From Halovenus sp. (GTDB lineage Archaea > Halobacteriota > Halobacteria > Halobacteriales > Haloarculaceae), in contig JAZKTU010000001.1 in assembly GCA_036625385.1 (NCBI GenBank), forward strand, positions 14,865 to 78,864: DNA of 64,000 bases, given 5' to 3'. The position numbers were made by a program, and so were the translations under genes. Below, in pieces: positions 20,390 to 29,480 of the stretch. The number at the start of each line of letters is the position of its first letter. The stretch's first letter is position 1. Below the pieces are notes generated by a model. The model did no database searches. It was not told where the DNA came from and saw only the letters and a list, made by a program, of their open reading frames with translations.

Positions 20390-21538
20390 ATGTACGACGT
20401 ACTCCTCCAGGTTCCGGTCCTCGATATACCGTGGAAAGACTTCGCCCTGCTGTTTATCACTGCCCTTGCGGGCGGTGCGTTCGGTGCGGCGCTGGGCGCA
20501 CTCCCCGCGTTCATCTTCACGGGCTTTGTGGTCTTCCTCGGTGAGGGCGTTGCGATCCTCCGGCGTGCGATCATCGGGAGCACGGGTGTCGAGCCCATCC
20601 CGCAGGAGGCGTTCTCCGGCGGCATCACCGGTCTGATCGGGTTCGGTGCCATCACCGGGCCCCACATCGCCTTCGCCGGCGGTGTCGCAGCGACGGCCTA
20701 CGCCGGAAAGAAGTATCCCGAGATGGAGCCCGACGGCTGGGACTACCACTTCGGGAAGAACATCCTGTACGCGTTCGGCACGAAGCCGGACATCCTCGCA
20801 GTCGGTGCTATCTTCGGTGTGCTCGGGATGCTGATCACCGAGGTCGGGTACGCGGTCGTCGTCATCAACGGGACCGCAGCCACTGACTTCATCGCCTTCT
20901 CGGTGTTCGCAACCGCGTTCATCGCACGGCCAGTGTTTGGCTACCCGATCATCGGGAAGCCGTCAGGGTCCGGCTACCTTGATATGTCGCCGTTCGAGCA
21001 CGAAGAACCCCGCGCGACTGCGGATGGCGGCGAAGTGCCCCTCGAACACCAGGGCCGCCTGGCGACGGAACCGTGGCTCCCCCACCAGTACAAGTGGTCG
21101 GGCGTCACCGCGATCGGTCTCGTCGGCGGGATCCTGGCCGGTTTCATCTACCTCCAGACGGGAAGCATCTTCCTGGGGTACGCGATCTCCGCCATCAGCC
21201 TCCTGTTCCTGAACCTCGGCGTCGAGAAGATTCCGGTGACACACCACATCACCCTCATCGGCTCGGTCGGGGCCGTCGTCGCGGCGGGCGCGTTCGGCGA
21301 CCTGTCGGCCGTCACCGTCCCAGTCGAGGCGGTCGGGACCACGGGTGCGGTCGTCGCACTGCTCGCGGCCGGTGTGTTCGGTGCGATCAGCGGGCTCCTG
21401 GGTGAACTGACCCAGCGCCTGTTCTACTCGCACTCCGGGACGCACGTCGACCCGCCGGCGATGGCCATCGCGATCGCGATGTTGATCATTGCGATCCTCT
21501 CGATCGCGGGTATCCTGCCGAACGCGGGCTACCTCTAG
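20390..21538 (+). CDS. Polytopic membrane protein, probable glycerol uptake protein
   Basis: Multiple TM helices; starts 2 bp after the glpK stop; no NPA motifs. Confidence 0.65.
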   Translation: MYDVLLQVPVLDIPWKDFALLFITALAGGAFGAALGALPAFIFTGFVVFLGEGVAILRRAIIGSTGVEPIPQEAFSGGITGLIGFGAITGPHIAFAGGVAATAYAGKKYPEMEPDGWDYHFGKNILYAFGTKPDILAVGAIFGVLGMLITEVGYAVVVINGTAATDFIAFSVFATAFIARPVFGYPIIGKPSGSGYLDMSPFEHEEPRATADGGEVPLEHQGRLATEPWLPHQYKWSGVTAIGLVGGILAGFIYLQTGSIFLGYAISAISLLFLNLGVEKIPVTHHITLIGSVGAVVAAGAFGDLSAVTVPVEAVGTTGAVVALLAAGVFGAISGLLGELTQRLFYSHSGTHVDPPAMAIAIAMLIIAILSIAGILPNAGYL

Positions 21539-21788
21539 AGGGATCCGCTCTCCCCGCTGAACCGTTCACGAACCACACACACTCGAACAGCAAGTCTACT
21601 GATAAACCCGGCCCGTGCAGTCGGCGACGGGTACTGAGAACCGCGGTGTCCCCCTTCACGAACGGACTGCAAAGCAGCAGACACAACCGGCAATCCGACC
21701 ATGCGTGACAGCGAAAGTACACGACGGGTAACCGCGGTCCTTTTTATCATGTAGCTAGAACCACCGATAACGAACACCCAGATCCGAT

Positions 21789-22967
21789 ATGGACATCGAT
21801 GCGAGAATAAAACGAAGACAGCGTCGGGATGATGGTCCGCAACTGATTCGGGACTACGAGGCTCTCTCCCCGGTTGCACACATCGACGAGCCGTCGGACC
21901 GTGGCCCCGTTTTCGAGCGGCTTCTCGACCACCTCGACACGGTGTTCGAGGGAGGATTACCGCCAAACGCGTACGTTCACGGCCCGTTCGGGGCGGGGAA
22001 GTCGGCGATCGTAACGGCCTTGTTTAGCCATCTGGAGCGCCTCTCGACCGAAACGCGCTCCGTCATTTACACGAGCACGCGGGCAGGGTCACAGACGTCA
22101 CCGGGTTTCATCTACGTGGACATCCGAGAGACAAGCAGCGAGTTCGCGTTCTACCACAGGGTGTTGGACGCGCTCGTCGAGGATCCGGTCCCCGAACACG
22201 GGATCAGTACCGACGAACTCCGTACCCGCCTCCACGAAACACTCGACACGTCACGGACCGGGGTCGTCGTCGGCGTCGACCACGTCGGCGAGCCGGACAG
22301 TACCGACACCGATACACTCATCGACCTGTTTGCGGGCCTGCCGAGCAACGTGAGCTGGCTCGCGATTGGCAGGAGAGTCCCGGAAAATATCGCGTTAACC
22401 GAGTATACGGCGACCGCGATTCCGATAGAACGGTATCAGCGACAGATGCTCGTCGACGTACTGATGACCCGGGCGTCCGAGGGACTGGCCCAGCAGGCAC
22501 TCGACCACGAACTGGCCCGGCAAATCGCTGACTGGGCCGACGGGAACGCACACGACGCACTGGCGGCACTGTTTATCGCTGCCGACCGGGCGAACCAGGC
22601 GGGACGAAGCCGGCTCAGCGAGGAGGATATCGCCAGCGGGTGTGAGGGGGTACCCCACCCCTCCGTCTCTCTGGGGAGGGTGCTGGTTCTTCCGGCCAAC
22701 AAGCAACTCGTTCTCCGGGAGCTTGTCGACCTCGATACCGAGGACCGGGCGTCCGTCACCACGACGACCGAAGCGATCAGTTCCAGGCCCACGGTCGATC
22801 TCTCCGCGGGGACTGTCAAACGGTTCCTCTACGAGATGGCGGAGATCGGCATCGTCGAGCGGGTGCAGTCGAAAGCCAAACACAGCAAGGGTCGCCCACC
22901 GAGCAGGGTCGAGTTGCGCTTCCCACCGACGGTGTTCCGCCGGCTGTACGACCTCCAGCAGTCCTGA
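21789..22967 (+). CDS. Cdc6/Orc1-like AAA+ protein with C-terminal wHTH
   Basis: Walker A GPFGAGKS, degenerate Walker B VVGVDH, GNAHDAL. Confidence 0.8.
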   Translation: MDIDARIKRRQRRDDGPQLIRDYEALSPVAHIDEPSDRGPVFERLLDHLDTVFEGGLPPNAYVHGPFGAGKSAIVTALFSHLERLSTETRSVIYTSTRAGSQTSPGFIYVDIRETSSEFAFYHRVLDALVEDPVPEHGISTDELRTRLHETLDTSRTGVVVGVDHVGEPDSTDTDTLIDLFAGLPSNVSWLAIGRRVPENIALTEYTATAIPIERYQRQMLVDVLMTRASEGLAQQALDHELARQIADWADGNAHDALAALFIAADRANQAGRSRLSEEDIASGCEGVPHPSVSLGRVLVLPANKQLVLRELVDLDTEDRASVTTTTEAISSRPTVDLSAGTVKRFLYEMAEIGIVERVQSKAKHSKGRPPSRVELRFPPTVFRRLYDLQQS

Positions 22968-23017
22968 ACGCAGCGATCCACCGAAGCTCATAATGTGCTC
23001 ACCGTCGAAACGTGTGT

Positions 23018-23479
23018 GTGAGCATCACTGCGGGCGACCGGGTAACGCTCGATTACGTCGGGCGCTTCACGGACGGAACGGTGTTTGCAACCTCACAGGC
23101 TGACGTCGCCGGAGAACACGACCTGGTCGGGGATCCGGACGGCGTCTCCCCGCTCTCGTTTACCGTGGGCAACGGCGAGGTTATCCGGGGGCTCGACGAG
23201 GCCGTCGTCGGGATGACACCCGGGGAGAGCGAGACAGTGACAGTCCCGCCAGCGGACGCGTACGGGGAGTACGAGGAGGACCGCGTCCGGGAGTACGACC
23301 CCGAGACGTTCGAGGCGATGGTCGGCCAACCGCCGGAAATCGGACTCCACGTCGAGGCACAGCAAGGGCTACACGGCGACGTCACCGCCATCGCCCCGGA
23401 GGCGGTCGAGGTCGATTTCAATCACGAACTGGCGGGAAAGACGCTCGTCTTCGAGATAGACGTACTTGACGTCCAGTAG
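23018..23479 (+). CDS. FKBP-type peptidyl-prolyl isomerase (SlyD-like)
   Basis: DYVGRFTDGTVFATS, PPADAYG, VDFNHELAGKTLVF. Confidence 0.92.
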   Translation: MSITAGDRVTLDYVGRFTDGTVFATSQADVAGEHDLVGDPDGVSPLSFTVGNGEVIRGLDEAVVGMTPGESETVTVPPADAYGEYEEDRVREYDPETFEAMVGQPPEIGLHVEAQQGLHGDVTAIAPEAVEVDFNHELAGKTLVFEIDVLDVQ

Positions 23480-23670
23480 ACCGCAGACGCGAACCCCCGG
23501 ATCGGAAAATCGAGTGCTCACAGTCCACAGGGGCCAAACGAAGCAAAAAAACGAACGAGCGCCGTGATCCCGTGTGGACGGGTTGGCAGCCATAGTATTT
23601 TATCATCCGAACTGCTATATCGGGGAGAAAAGGTGGAGCAAATGAGCGACACACACCGTTCCGGTGTCCA

Positions 23671-25206
23671 GTGATGGAGCGCACATATATTGGGACGATC
23701 GACCAGGGGACGACCGGCACTCGCTTCATGATATTCGACCACGACGGGCAGATCGTGGGCAGTGCCTACGAACAGCACGAACAGATCTACCCGGAACCCG
23801 GCTGGGTCGAGCACGACCCCGTGGAAATCTGGGAAAACACCAAACAGGTCGTCACACAGGGGCTCGCCCACTCGACGCTCGACCCGACACAGATCGAAGC
23901 GCTCGGTGTCGCCAACCAGCGCGAGACGACGGTCATCTGGGACAGGGAAACCGGCGAACCCGTCTACAACGCTCTCGTCTGGCAGGACCGCCGGACCACC
24001 GACCGCGTCGAGGAAGTCGAAGCCGAGGACAAAGTCGAGTGGATCCGCGGCAAAACCGGCCTCGAGTGCGACGCCTACTTCTCGGCCACCAAAGTCGAGT
24101 GGATCCTCGACAATTCCGACGACATCGGGCCGACCCGCTCGCGGACCCGGAGCCTCCGCGACCGTGCGGAAGCCGGCGAGTTGCTGATGGGCACCATCGA
24201 TTCGTGGCTCATCTACAAACTCACCGGCAACCACGTCACGGATGTGACGAACGCCTCGCGGACGATGCTTTACGACATCCACGACCTGGCCTGGGACCAC
24301 GAACTCCTCGAGGAGTTCAACGTCCCCGAGACGATGCTCCCCGAAGTCCGCCCCTCCTCCGACGAGGACACATATGGCGCCACGGACTCGGACAGCTTCC
24401 TCGGCGCGGAAGTTCCCGTCGCCGGCGCCCTGGGCGACCAGCAGGCGGCCCTGTTCGGCCAGACCTGCTTCGACGCTGGCGACGCCAAAAACACCTACGG
24501 CACCGGGAGCTTCTACCTCATGAACACCGGAACCGAGGCTGTCGAATCCGACCACGGCCTCCTCACCACCATCGGCTTCCAGCTCTCCGGCGAACCCGTC
24601 CAGTACGCACTGGAAGGGGCCATCTTCATCACCGGCGCCGCCATCGAATGGCTCGAAGACGTTAATTTCATCGACGACCCGATACAGGCGGCAGAGTTGG
24701 CACGGTCGGTCGACTCGACCGGGGGCGTCTACATCGTTCCGGCCTTTACCGGACTGGGAGCACCCTACTGGGACGGCCGTGCCCGCGGGACGATCCTCGG
24801 GATAACCCGCGGGACGCGGCGCGAACACATCGTCCGGGCGACACTCGAATCCATCGCTTACCAGACCCGCGACGTCGCCGAAGCCATGGAAGCCGACTCC
24901 GGCGTCGAAACCACCAGCCTCCGCGTCGACGGCGGCGCAGTCAAGAACAATTTCCTCTGCCAGTTGCAATCGGACATCATCCAGACGGACATCGCCCGCC
25001 CCGAAGTCGACGAAACGACCGCACTGGGGTCAGCCTACGCTGCCGGCCTCGCCGTTGGCTACTGGGACGACATCGACGACCTGCGGGCCCACTGGCGGGT
25101 CGACCGCGAGTTCGAGCCCGAGATGGAAAGCGAGGAAGCCAACGGGATGTACGGCCGCTGGGACGACGCCGTCGGGAGAGCACTCGACTGGGCGACCGAA
25201 ACGTAG
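23671..25206 (+). CDS. glpK: Glycerol kinase (copy 2)
   Basis: Same motifs as copy 1; long near-identical DNA tracts. Confidence 0.93.
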   Translation: MMERTYIGTIDQGTTGTRFMIFDHDGQIVGSAYEQHEQIYPEPGWVEHDPVEIWENTKQVVTQGLAHSTLDPTQIEALGVANQRETTVIWDRETGEPVYNALVWQDRRTTDRVEEVEAEDKVEWIRGKTGLECDAYFSATKVEWILDNSDDIGPTRSRTRSLRDRAEAGELLMGTIDSWLIYKLTGNHVTDVTNASRTMLYDIHDLAWDHELLEEFNVPETMLPEVRPSSDEDTYGATDSDSFLGAEVPVAGALGDQQAALFGQTCFDAGDAKNTYGTGSFYLMNTGTEAVESDHGLLTTIGFQLSGEPVQYALEGAIFITGAAIEWLEDVNFIDDPIQAAELARSVDSTGGVYIVPAFTGLGAPYWDGRARGTILGITRGTRREHIVRATLESIAYQTRDVAEAMEADSGVETTSLRVDGGAVKNNFLCQLQSDIIQTDIARPEVDETTALGSAYAAGLAVGYWDDIDDLRAHWRVDREFEPEMESEEANGMYGRWDDAVGRALDWATET

Positions 25207-25242
25207 GACCGCCCCAGGTGCTGTCGGTGGCGAAGCCTCTGA

Positions 25243-25327
25243 TACGGACGGTTGTGACTCGTTGCTGCCGTCAGCGTCCGCTACCGAGGGTCGCGACGAT
25301 CCAGGGTACCGGATATCCCGACAGCGT
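25243..25327. mobile_element. Family A element, left arm only
   Basis: TGA|TACGGACGGTTGTGACTC; no matching right arm before the next gene. Confidence 0.6.
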
Positions 25328-25510
25328 TCACGTTCGGGGCATACCGAGCGGTTTCTTGCAGTTCTTGCAGAGAAAGAGGTCGTTGTTCTCGAAGAGGGTA
25401 AGCGACCCGTCGTCGTCCACCTCGACCTCGGGGACGTCGTGCTGGGTCTCGAGTTCTTCGGCTGATTCGACCTCCTCGCCGCATTCGGGACAGGAAAGTG
25501 TGTCTCCCAT
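25328..25510 (-). CDS. Small CPxCG-related zinc-finger protein
   Basis: CPECG...CKNCKKPLG. Confidence 0.75.
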   Translation of the reverse strand: MGDTLSCPECGEEVESAEELETQHDVPEVEVDDDGSLTLFENNDLFLCKNCKKPLGMPRT

Positions 25511-25581
25511 ACGTACATATCAACGAAGATGACACATATAAAGCCAGTCCGGCCATGCACTCCCGGTACACGTCGCCGACA

Positions 25582-26535
25582 CTACCGGTCCAGGCCCGCC
25601 CCGTCACCGGCAACAAGCGCCGTCACTTCCTCCGCCGAGAGCCGTGCCATGTCACCCTCGACAGTCCGTTTCAGCGCAGCTGTCGCGACACCGTACGCGA
25701 GCGCGTCGGGGACGCTGTGGCCCACCAGCCGCCGGGCGAGATACCCCCCGACGAGGGCGTCGCCCGAACCGACCGGGTCGACAGTCTCGGTCTCGAAGGC
25801 CTGCTGGTCGTGGCAGGTACCGTCGTCGACCGCGAGCGCGCCGCGGTCGCCGCGGGTCAACACGACTGTCTCGAGCCCGTGGTCGTCGGCGAGCGACCGG
25901 GCCATCGGTTCCGGGTCGCCGCTGCGACCGAGCACGCCACGGGCATCGCGTTCGGCGACGAACAGGACGTCGATAGCGGGGAACAGTGCGGTCAGTGTCT
26001 CGCGGGCCTCCGCCGGGGACCACAGGTTCGACCGGTAGTTGAGGTCGAACGCGGTCGGGACGCCGGCGTCGCTGGCAGTCGAAAACAGTTCCCCGGTCGT
26101 CGTCGCCAGGCGGTCGGAGAGTGCCGGCGTGATACCGGTCGTAAAGAACAGGTCGGCGTCGCGAACCCGGTCCAGGGGGAGATCCCCGGGAGTGAGGTCC
26201 CTGACCGGGGTTCCCGTCCGGTCGTACACGACAGCCTGGCCGCGGGGCTTGCCGCCGGGCTCGAAGTAGAACGTCCCGACGCGCCCGGTTTCGGTCCAGG
26301 TGACGACCGGTTCGACACCCTCGGCGCGGAGCGCAGAGACGATACGCTCCCCGAGGTCCGTCTCCGGCAGCGCCGACAGCCACGCGGCGTCGACACCGAA
26401 CGTCGATGCCGCGGCGGCGACGTTGCTCTCCGCACCCCCGACGTGCACGTCGAAACAGTCGACTCGCGAGAGCCGCTGGCCCGCCGGTGGCGACAGCCGC
26501 AACATCGTCTCGCCGAACGTCACGAGCGAGGTCAT
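25582..26535 (-). CDS. kdgK: 2-keto-3-deoxygluconate kinase (PfkB family)
   Basis: TFGETMLRL, GGAESNVA, FDLNYR, DPVGSGDA. Confidence 0.88.
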   Translation of the reverse strand: MTSLVTFGETMLRLSPPAGQRLSRVDCFDVHVGGAESNVAAAASTFGVDAAWLSALPETDLGERIVSALRAEGVEPVVTWTETGRVGTFYFEPGGKPRGQAVVYDRTGTPVRDLTPGDLPLDRVRDADLFFTTGITPALSDRLATTTGELFSTASDAGVPTAFDLNYRSNLWSPAEARETLTALFPAIDVLFVAERDARGVLGRSGDPEPMARSLADDHGLETVVLTRGDRGALAVDDGTCHDQQAFETETVDPVGSGDALVGGYLARRLVGHSVPDALAYGVATAALKRTVEGDMARLSAEEVTALVAGDGAGLDR

Positions 26536-26599
26536 GCGACCCTCCGGGACGGTCGTGTGACTGCCGAGCGGACCGGCGGCAGGTGCGAACGGGGCCGGC

Positions 26600-27835
26600 T
26601 CATGCTTCGTCGAACAGTGTCTCCCCGTCGACGAGGTGGTCGGCGACGACGTCCCTGTCGACTGTCACACCGAGACCCGGCTGTTCGGGGATCACGATCT
26701 GTCCGTCCTCGATGACGTCCTCGACGACGATGTCGCTCCACCAGTCGAGTTCGTAGGAGTGGTACTCCACCGCCAGCGCGTTGGGGATAGCAGCCGCGAC
26801 CTGTGCGCTCGCCATCGTTCCCACTGGCGAGGAGACGTTGTGCAGGGCGAGCGGAACGTAGTACTGGTTGGCGAGGTCGGCGATCTTTCGCGTTTCGCGC
26901 ATCCCGCCCACTTTCGGGACGTCCGGCGCGAGAATATCCACGGTCCCGTCTTCGAGGAGGCGGCGGTGCTCGGTCGCCCGGTAGCGGTTCTCCCCGGCTG
27001 CGATCGGCGTCACCGTGGACTCGGTGACCTGCCCTTGCACCTCGAGGTTCTCCGGCGGAACGGGGTCTTCCAGCCACCAGACGTCGTAGTCCTCGAGCGC
27101 ACGGGCAAGGCGCGTCGCCGAACTCCCGGCGTAGGTCCAGTGGCAGTCGAAGGCAACGTCTGCACGGTCACCGACCCGCTCCGTGATGGCCGCGACGAGG
27201 TCGACTTTGTGTCGGATCTCCCCGGGCCGGAGGTGGCGGTTTGCCCGATCTTTCTGGTGGCCCGACGGGACGTCGAGGTCGAACTTCAGCGCGTCGTAGC
27301 CCAGTTCCGTCACGACCCGCTCGGCCTCGTCGGCACAGGCGACCGGGTCGGCCTCCTCCGCAGTGTGACAGTCACAGTAGACGCGAACGGCGTCGCGGTA
27401 CTTCCCGCCCAGCAACTGGTAGGCAGGGACGTCGAGGAGTTTGCCGGCGAGGTCGTGCAGGGCCAGGTCGATACCCGAGATCGCCGTGACGGTGACCCCC
27501 TCCACGGACCCCTCACCCGACATCTTCTGGACGAGATGTTCGTGCAGCCGATCGATGTCGAGTGGGTTCTCCCCCACGAGAAACGGGACCATCCGTTCGA
27601 CGAGCTCCGGCACCCCGGCACCCCAGTAGGCTTCGCCCGTCCCGGTGACCCCCGCGTCGGTGTAGACGCGAACCAGCGTCCACGGGAAGTTGCCGTCGAC
27701 CATCGCTGTCTGGACGTCCGTAATCTCGATATCACGTGCGCCACGCGACCGGGTCGTCCCCATTGCCTCCCGCGAGAGATCCCGCATCGTGTACTCCACG
27801 TTCGGCTCGCGGAGCGACCCGTAGTTTCGGCTCAT
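26600..27835 (-). CDS. gad: Gluconate dehydratase (mandelate racemase/enolase superfamily)
   Basis: DGNFPWTLVR, YCDCH, ALKFDLD, FDCHW, WLEDP; ED-pathway context. Confidence 0.85.
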   Translation of the reverse strand: MSRNYGSLREPNVEYTMRDLSREAMGTTRSRGARDIEITDVQTAMVDGNFPWTLVRVYTDAGVTGTGEAYWGAGVPELVERMVPFLVGENPLDIDRLHEHLVQKMSGEGSVEGVTVTAISGIDLALHDLAGKLLDVPAYQLLGGKYRDAVRVYCDCHTAEEADPVACADEAERVVTELGYDALKFDLDVPSGHQKDRANRHLRPGEIRHKVDLVAAITERVGDRADVAFDCHWTYAGSSATRLARALEDYDVWWLEDPVPPENLEVQGQVTESTVTPIAAGENRYRATEHRRLLEDGTVDILAPDVPKVGGMRETRKIADLANQYYVPLALHNVSSPVGTMASAQVAAAIPNALAVEYHSYELDWWSDIVVEDVIEDGQIVIPEQPGLGVTVDRDVVADHLVDGETLFDEA

Positions 27836-27895
27836 ACTGTCCCGTCCGTCTTCGGCCGACTTAGGCGTTGATGACATCCTCCGCGCCGTGAACGG

Positions 27896-27938
27896 AGAGG
27901 GAGCGAAGCTCCCTCAGGCAGTCGGGCATAGCCCGACG
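27896..27938. repeat. 43-bp twin-hairpin insert in the IS right-end hairpin
   Basis: GAGGGAGC-GAA-GCTCCCTC and GTCGGGC-ATA-GCCCGAC flanked by ACGG direct repeats. Confidence 0.7.
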
Positions 27939-27979
27939 ACGGCGCGGCTTCCCGGCATGGGAGTACCAGCTAAGTGCGG

Positions 27980-29100
27980 CTATTGCTGGCAGAGGGTTCC
28001 TCGCTCGTCTCTCGGTGGGTCGTGGCGGTCAGCGATGTTGACCGCCGCGTTGATGTCTGCGTGGTACTCCGACACCCAACACTCGTCGTTCGTACACCGG
28101 AACTCGTCGCCGTTCCGGTGCCCGATGTGACCGCAGTCGTGACACGTCTGACTCGTGTACTCCGGTCGGACGTATTCGACCGGAAGCCCTGCCTCTCGTG
28201 CTTTGTCCTCGATGCGCTGTTGAAGTCGGGCGAACGCCCATGCGTGGAGGCGGCGGTTCATCCACTCGCCGTAATCGAGGTCTTCGCGGATATACGTCAG
28301 GTCTTCCAGCACGAGGACTGGCTTCTCGAATCGAGAGGCGTACTCAACAGCACGTCGAGACGCCTTCTCGATGATGTCAGTGAGTGCGTTCTGATAATGG
28401 TCGAATCGCTTGTCAATCCGCCACTGTGCGGCGTCGCGCTCTTGGAGTCGTTTGAGCGTCGTGAACATCTCTTTACGAAGGTGACGAGCGCGACCGCCGT
28501 TGATGAGTAGTGGGTCAGTCGGAGTTCCCTGCTCGCAGGCACAGCCCGCGAGCAGGTGGGCTTCACCAATATCGAAACCCACTGGTGTTACGTCGTCATC
28601 GGTTGATTCGTAGTCTGGTTCTTCGACGGAGAACTCGACGGTGACGTGGAGCGTCCATGACGTGCGGTGGCGTTGCAGTCGGAGTTGTCCTGCCGAAGCG
28701 TCACCGTGCACGATTGCGCGGGATTGATTCGAAGCGGTATCCAGAAGTTACCACGACCGGGTTGCGGTGCCCACCACGTAAACTCGTAGTCTCGCGCCGC
28801 CGAGTGGTCGAACTCAGCGGCTTGGTTCGTGAGTCGCACAGGATGCTCGTCGTCTAACTCCTGTGCGTCGTAGGTGTCGTGAAGTTGCGGGACGTAGTTA
28901 CACAGTGCCGTTTTCGCCTGATACGGTAGGTCTTAGGGCGTCACCACATGGCTGGTGGCACTCATCGTGTCACACTCGGCGTTGAACGCCTCGTGGAGCC
29001 CCTCCCGGGAGGTTTCGATCAGGTTGCACAGTTTGTGCTCTTTATGCGCTGTTGGTGGCGCGAGTGTCGCTTCGAGTGTCTTCTAGTGATTAGTCGGCAT
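27980..29100 (-). pseudogene. tnpB: TnpB RNA-guided nuclease, disrupted
   Basis: RuvC motifs VGFDIGE, LVLEDL and HADINAAVNI, Zn finger CHDCG...CTNDEC; 5' part has in-frame stops (about 29083 and 28932) and a frameshift near 28710. Confidence 0.88.
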
Positions 29101-29227
29101 CAGCCTCTAATCCTTTCTCGATTAGCTCGCGGTATGCTCGTGGGTGACGGATACCCTTCTCACGAGCGTACTGCTTGACTCGTTCGTGTAGGTCGCCACC
29201 ACGCTCCATATCCACGTCGGTTCGCAC
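29090..29227 (-). CDS. Small ribbon-helix-helix-like protein upstream of tnpB (45 aa)
   Basis: MRTDVDMERGGDLHERVKQYAREKGIRHPRAYRELIEKGLEADAD; stop overlaps the tnpB start. Confidence 0.55.
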   Translation of the reverse strand: MRTDVDMERGGDLHERVKQYAREKGIRHPRAYRELIEKGLEADAD

Positions 29228-29328
29228 ACAATTTTGTAAGTTTTCGGGTTACTAAATACTTATGTTGGGTATTCAGTCCGGCAGCAGTCACGGGGGTTAT
29301 GGCATAGAGTTTACGCGATTCACGCCCG

Positions 29329-29382
29329 TCCCCAGAACGCTCCGCGTTCTGGTGTGCGAACGAGACGCGACGCGTCTCGTCA
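29329..29382. repeat. 54-bp twin-hairpin insert in the IS left end
   Basis: CCAGAACGC-TCC-GCGTTCTGG and ACGAGACGC-GAC-GCGTCTCGT flanked by CCG direct repeats. Confidence 0.7.
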
Positions 29383-29424
29383 CCGCCGTGAACGGCGGGA
29401 TTCTCTCGCTGAATCAAGATAGTT

Positions 29425-29440
29425 TACTCGTCAGCGAATA
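29425..29440. promoter_or_regulatory. Putative TrmB-type operator TACTC-N6-GAATA
   Basis: Motif match immediately outside the IS left end. Confidence 0.5.
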
Positions 29441-29480
29441 ATTTTCGTTCCCGGTATCGGCACGGGTTCCCCGGAGCCGG

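Larger units (their letters stand above)
27872..29422 (-). mobile_element. IS200/IS605-family (IS1341-type) element, decayed
   Basis: Subterminal hairpins CCGCGCCGT...ACGGCGCGG and CCGCCGTGAACGGCGG; tnpB remnant inside; no tnpA. Confidence 0.85.

Noticed and set aside
21540-21788. Replication origin beside the cdc6-like gene
   Set aside because: No ORB repeats with G-strings or extended AT-rich unwinding element recognised.
27980-28711. Intact 243-aa TnpB
   Set aside because: Only the C-terminal fragment; the true start at 29100 is followed by stops and a frameshift.
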